Part shown: piece after piece, positions 40,723-43,313 of the stretch
Layout: each line of letters opens with the position of its first letter
How positions within the stretch are numbered: position 1 is the first letter of the stretch
Assembly: GCF_006345805.1 (NCBI RefSeq)
Contig: NW_021834952.1
Span: 1-43,313 of the forward strand
Reading direction: 5' to 3'
Origin: Octopus sinensis
Taxonomy: Eukaryota
DNA: 43,313 bases
The notes under the pieces: generated by a model
Told to the model about the DNA's origin: nothing
The model's database searches: none
What the model saw: only the letters and a program-made list of their open reading frames with translations
Translations under genes and position numbers: made by a program

Positions 40723-41381
40723 ACCAAAAAACATTTAAGTACCCACCTGAAATGAGGTGGGCTTAGCTTTGTGAACTTTACCCATGACAACAACCAAGCC
40801 ACCCATCATTGGCTCTCTTTCTGAGGTTGTCTTTTACAGCTGTTTGAACTTTTAATGATGCCAACCTTTTTTTATTTTCTGCTTACCACATGAAGGAATA
40901 TGGTTTAGTGTCAAATTTCTTTCTTTCTATGAAAATTTAAAAACAAACACCGTCTTCTATAATTAAATGTATGTACATTGGAAAAGAAATATAACAGTGT
41001 GTGATAAGAGCCTTCCCACACTCTATGTTTTATATTAACTCAACTAAACACTGTTGAGATAACTTACCTCTGTAATAGTTTTAATAAAAGCAATTTCCTC
41101 CAGATTTTGAATTTGTTTTGAGTGTGTGGAAACCAATATTGTTATATTTGGGAAGAATCAATTGGTAAAGTCTATAAACCAGGCATGTGTTAACAGTAAT
41201 TACTCAGGGTCGGCAGTAGGTGATGTTAATGTTGTAAAACAAAGAAAAATAAGGCGTGCAACCATGTTGGAGGCAGATTTAATTCTACCTATATAGTATG
41301 TAAGGAAAACAATGTTGGAGGAATGTACATAGCATATGTATGGCTTTAATGCTGCAATTGAAAGGTAGGGGCAAATTATGG

Positions 41382-42849
41382 CCACCTGATCTACAAAAAA
41401 ATTAACTATTTTGTATTTTATGCAGAGTAATCAGAGTAACCCTCTTGATTTTATTGAATTTGGTGCATGTTTTTCCATAAAAGGAAACTATTATTATCGA
41501 TCTATTTTCTCCAGGGTAGACACTGCCTACCCAGGCGGCACATCCCTGCCATAAACATGTTCACCTCTTTCTTGTTTCAGTCATTTGACTGTGAAAATGC
41601 TTGAACACCAACTTAGGTTTTAGTCAAACACATCGACCCCAGGGTTTATTCTTTGTAAGCCTGGTAATTGTTTTATTAGTCTGTTTTGCTGAACCATTAA
41701 GTTACGGAGATGTAAGCATACCACCGCTTGTCAGGCAATGGTGGTAGGGATAAACACACATATATATATATACAAGTGATACCAGTGCCAGTGGCACGTA
41801 AGAGAACCATCCGAACGTGGCCGTATCCAGTGCCGGTGGCTTGTAAGAGAACCATCCGAACGTGGCCGTAGCCAGCGCCAGGTCGACTGCTGGTTACGTT
41901 TGCTTATTTTTGGGAGTTTTGTATAATATATAAATATTATTTAAATGTCATTAAAATAATAAGTAGCCTAATGGTTAATACATTTATATTTGTTTTGAGA
42001 ATAGAATAGGTTAATTTTATTGTTTTGTGATTAATAAAGATATATTTGTTATGTTTATATGTTAGTTATATTTAACTGATGATGGATAATAAGTGTTTGT
42101 ATTGTCAAAGTGAAAAGAACCAAGATTTTTATAATTATTATTATTATTATTGAGTGAGAGAGCAGTTCATGCCATCAAAGTGACACTGGGGTAAAATATA
42201 CGAAGCCCAATATACCCATCATGACTACCCGTCTGATAAAGGTACACCAGGCACATGCATCACAACCATATGTGTGCGACATGGTGATCTCATATCAAGA
42301 TAAACTGCACATGACCTTGTAGGTGGGGCCCAGTTAGAATTTTCTTCAGGTTGAGTAGCCCATCCCGCTCAAATGGTCCCTGAATAATAGATCCACCTGA
42401 TCTACAAAAAAATAAATTATTTTGTCTTTTATGCAGAGTAATCAGAGTAACCCTCTTGATTTTATTGAATTTGGTGCATGTTTTGCCATAAAAGGAAACT
42501 ATTATTATCGATCTATTTTATTCAGGGTAGACACTGCCTACCCAGGCGGCACATCCCTGCCATAAACACATTCACCGCTTTCTTGTTTCAGTCATTTGAC
42601 TGTGAAAATGCTTGAACACCAACTTAGGTTTTAGTCGAACAAATTGACCCCAGGATTTATTCTTTGTAAGCCTGGTAATTGTTTTATTAGTCTGTTTTGC
42701 TGAACCATTAAGTTACGGAGGTGTAAGCATACCACCGCTTGTCAGGCAATGGTGGTAGGGATAAACATATACATATACACGTGATATGAGTGCCAGTGGC
42801 ACATAAGAGAACCATCTGAACGCGGCCGTAGCCAGCGCCAGATCGACTG
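41382..42849. repeat. Dispersed tandem duplication (41382-41889 and 42393-42849) with 503-bp filler
   Basis: Both copies match single-copy ~1880-2385 in the left arm. Confidence 0.85.
42126..42388 (-). mobile_element. Non-LTR-like 3' fragment with (AAT)n tail
   Basis: Minus strand ends CTCTCTCACTCAATAATAATAAT; family not assigned. Confidence 0.5.
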
Positions 42850-43313
42850 GCCTCCGTGCCGGTGGCACGTAACAAACAACATCCATGCGTGGCCGTTCGC
42901 CAGCCCCGTCTGGCACGTAAAAAGTACCAACTACACTCACGGAGTAGTTGGCATTAGGAAGGGCATCCAGCTGTAGAAACACTGCCAGATCTTCCCAGTT
43001 GAACCGTCCAACCCATGCTAGCATGGAAAGCGGACGTTAAACTATGATGATGACATACATGCGCACACACACACATATATATATATATATCAATTAGAAA
43101 AAAAAACACCTATCAATTCAATAATGAAAAATTAATTTGCACAATCTAGAAAATTGCATATTATAGAAAGATAAAATATAAGAAAAACATATAACGATGA
43201 TTAAGTAAAGTGCAAAATAATAAATAAAACGTAAATGCATGGGCGACTGCTGGTCTTCCATAAACAACCTTGCTTGGACTTGTACCTGAGAGGGTAACTT
43301 TCTAGGTGCAATC

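Larger units (their letters stand above)
36750..43313 (-). repeat. Right arm of the large inverted duplication (continues past the window end)
   Basis: See left arm; the arms differ by arm-specific insertions. Confidence 0.93.

Overview
Eukaryotic, AT-rich and repeat-dense window, most likely from an octopus/cephalopod genome (inferred from KRAB-less tandem C2H2 genes and the SINE types). It has a roughly mirror-image layout. Two long C2H2 zinc-finger paralogs point outward at the ends: 5998->3542 (28 fingers) and 38472->40256 (20 fingers). They lie in near-identical inverted arms (~1327-8290 vs ~36750-43313; the right arm runs off the window). Between them are two H1-less sets of replication-dependent core histone genes, arranged as four divergent pairs: H4/H3, H2B/H2A, H2A/H2B, H4/H3. 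All eight genes have 3' stem-loops. The H2A/H2B pairs are mirror-symmetric, but the H4/H3 pairs are direct repeats, so one pair has been flipped. The spacers hold a foldback-type element with ~620-bp modular inverted repeats (three young copies plus older relics), MITEs, a Helitron, three tRNA-derived SINE families, L1/Tx1-like fragments and a solo LTR. The most interesting signals are: (i) the ZNF-histone inverted duplication with patchwork identity; (ii) ZNF paralogs diverged in finger number and recognition-helix residues while their flanks stay near-identical; (iii) the foldback family around the histone modules; (iv) orphan histone stem-loops and a T-rich rather than purine-rich downstream element; (v) two independent insertions at the same bond in paralogous units. 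All alignments were made by eye and identities are estimates. Misassembly of the arms cannot be excluded from sequence alone.
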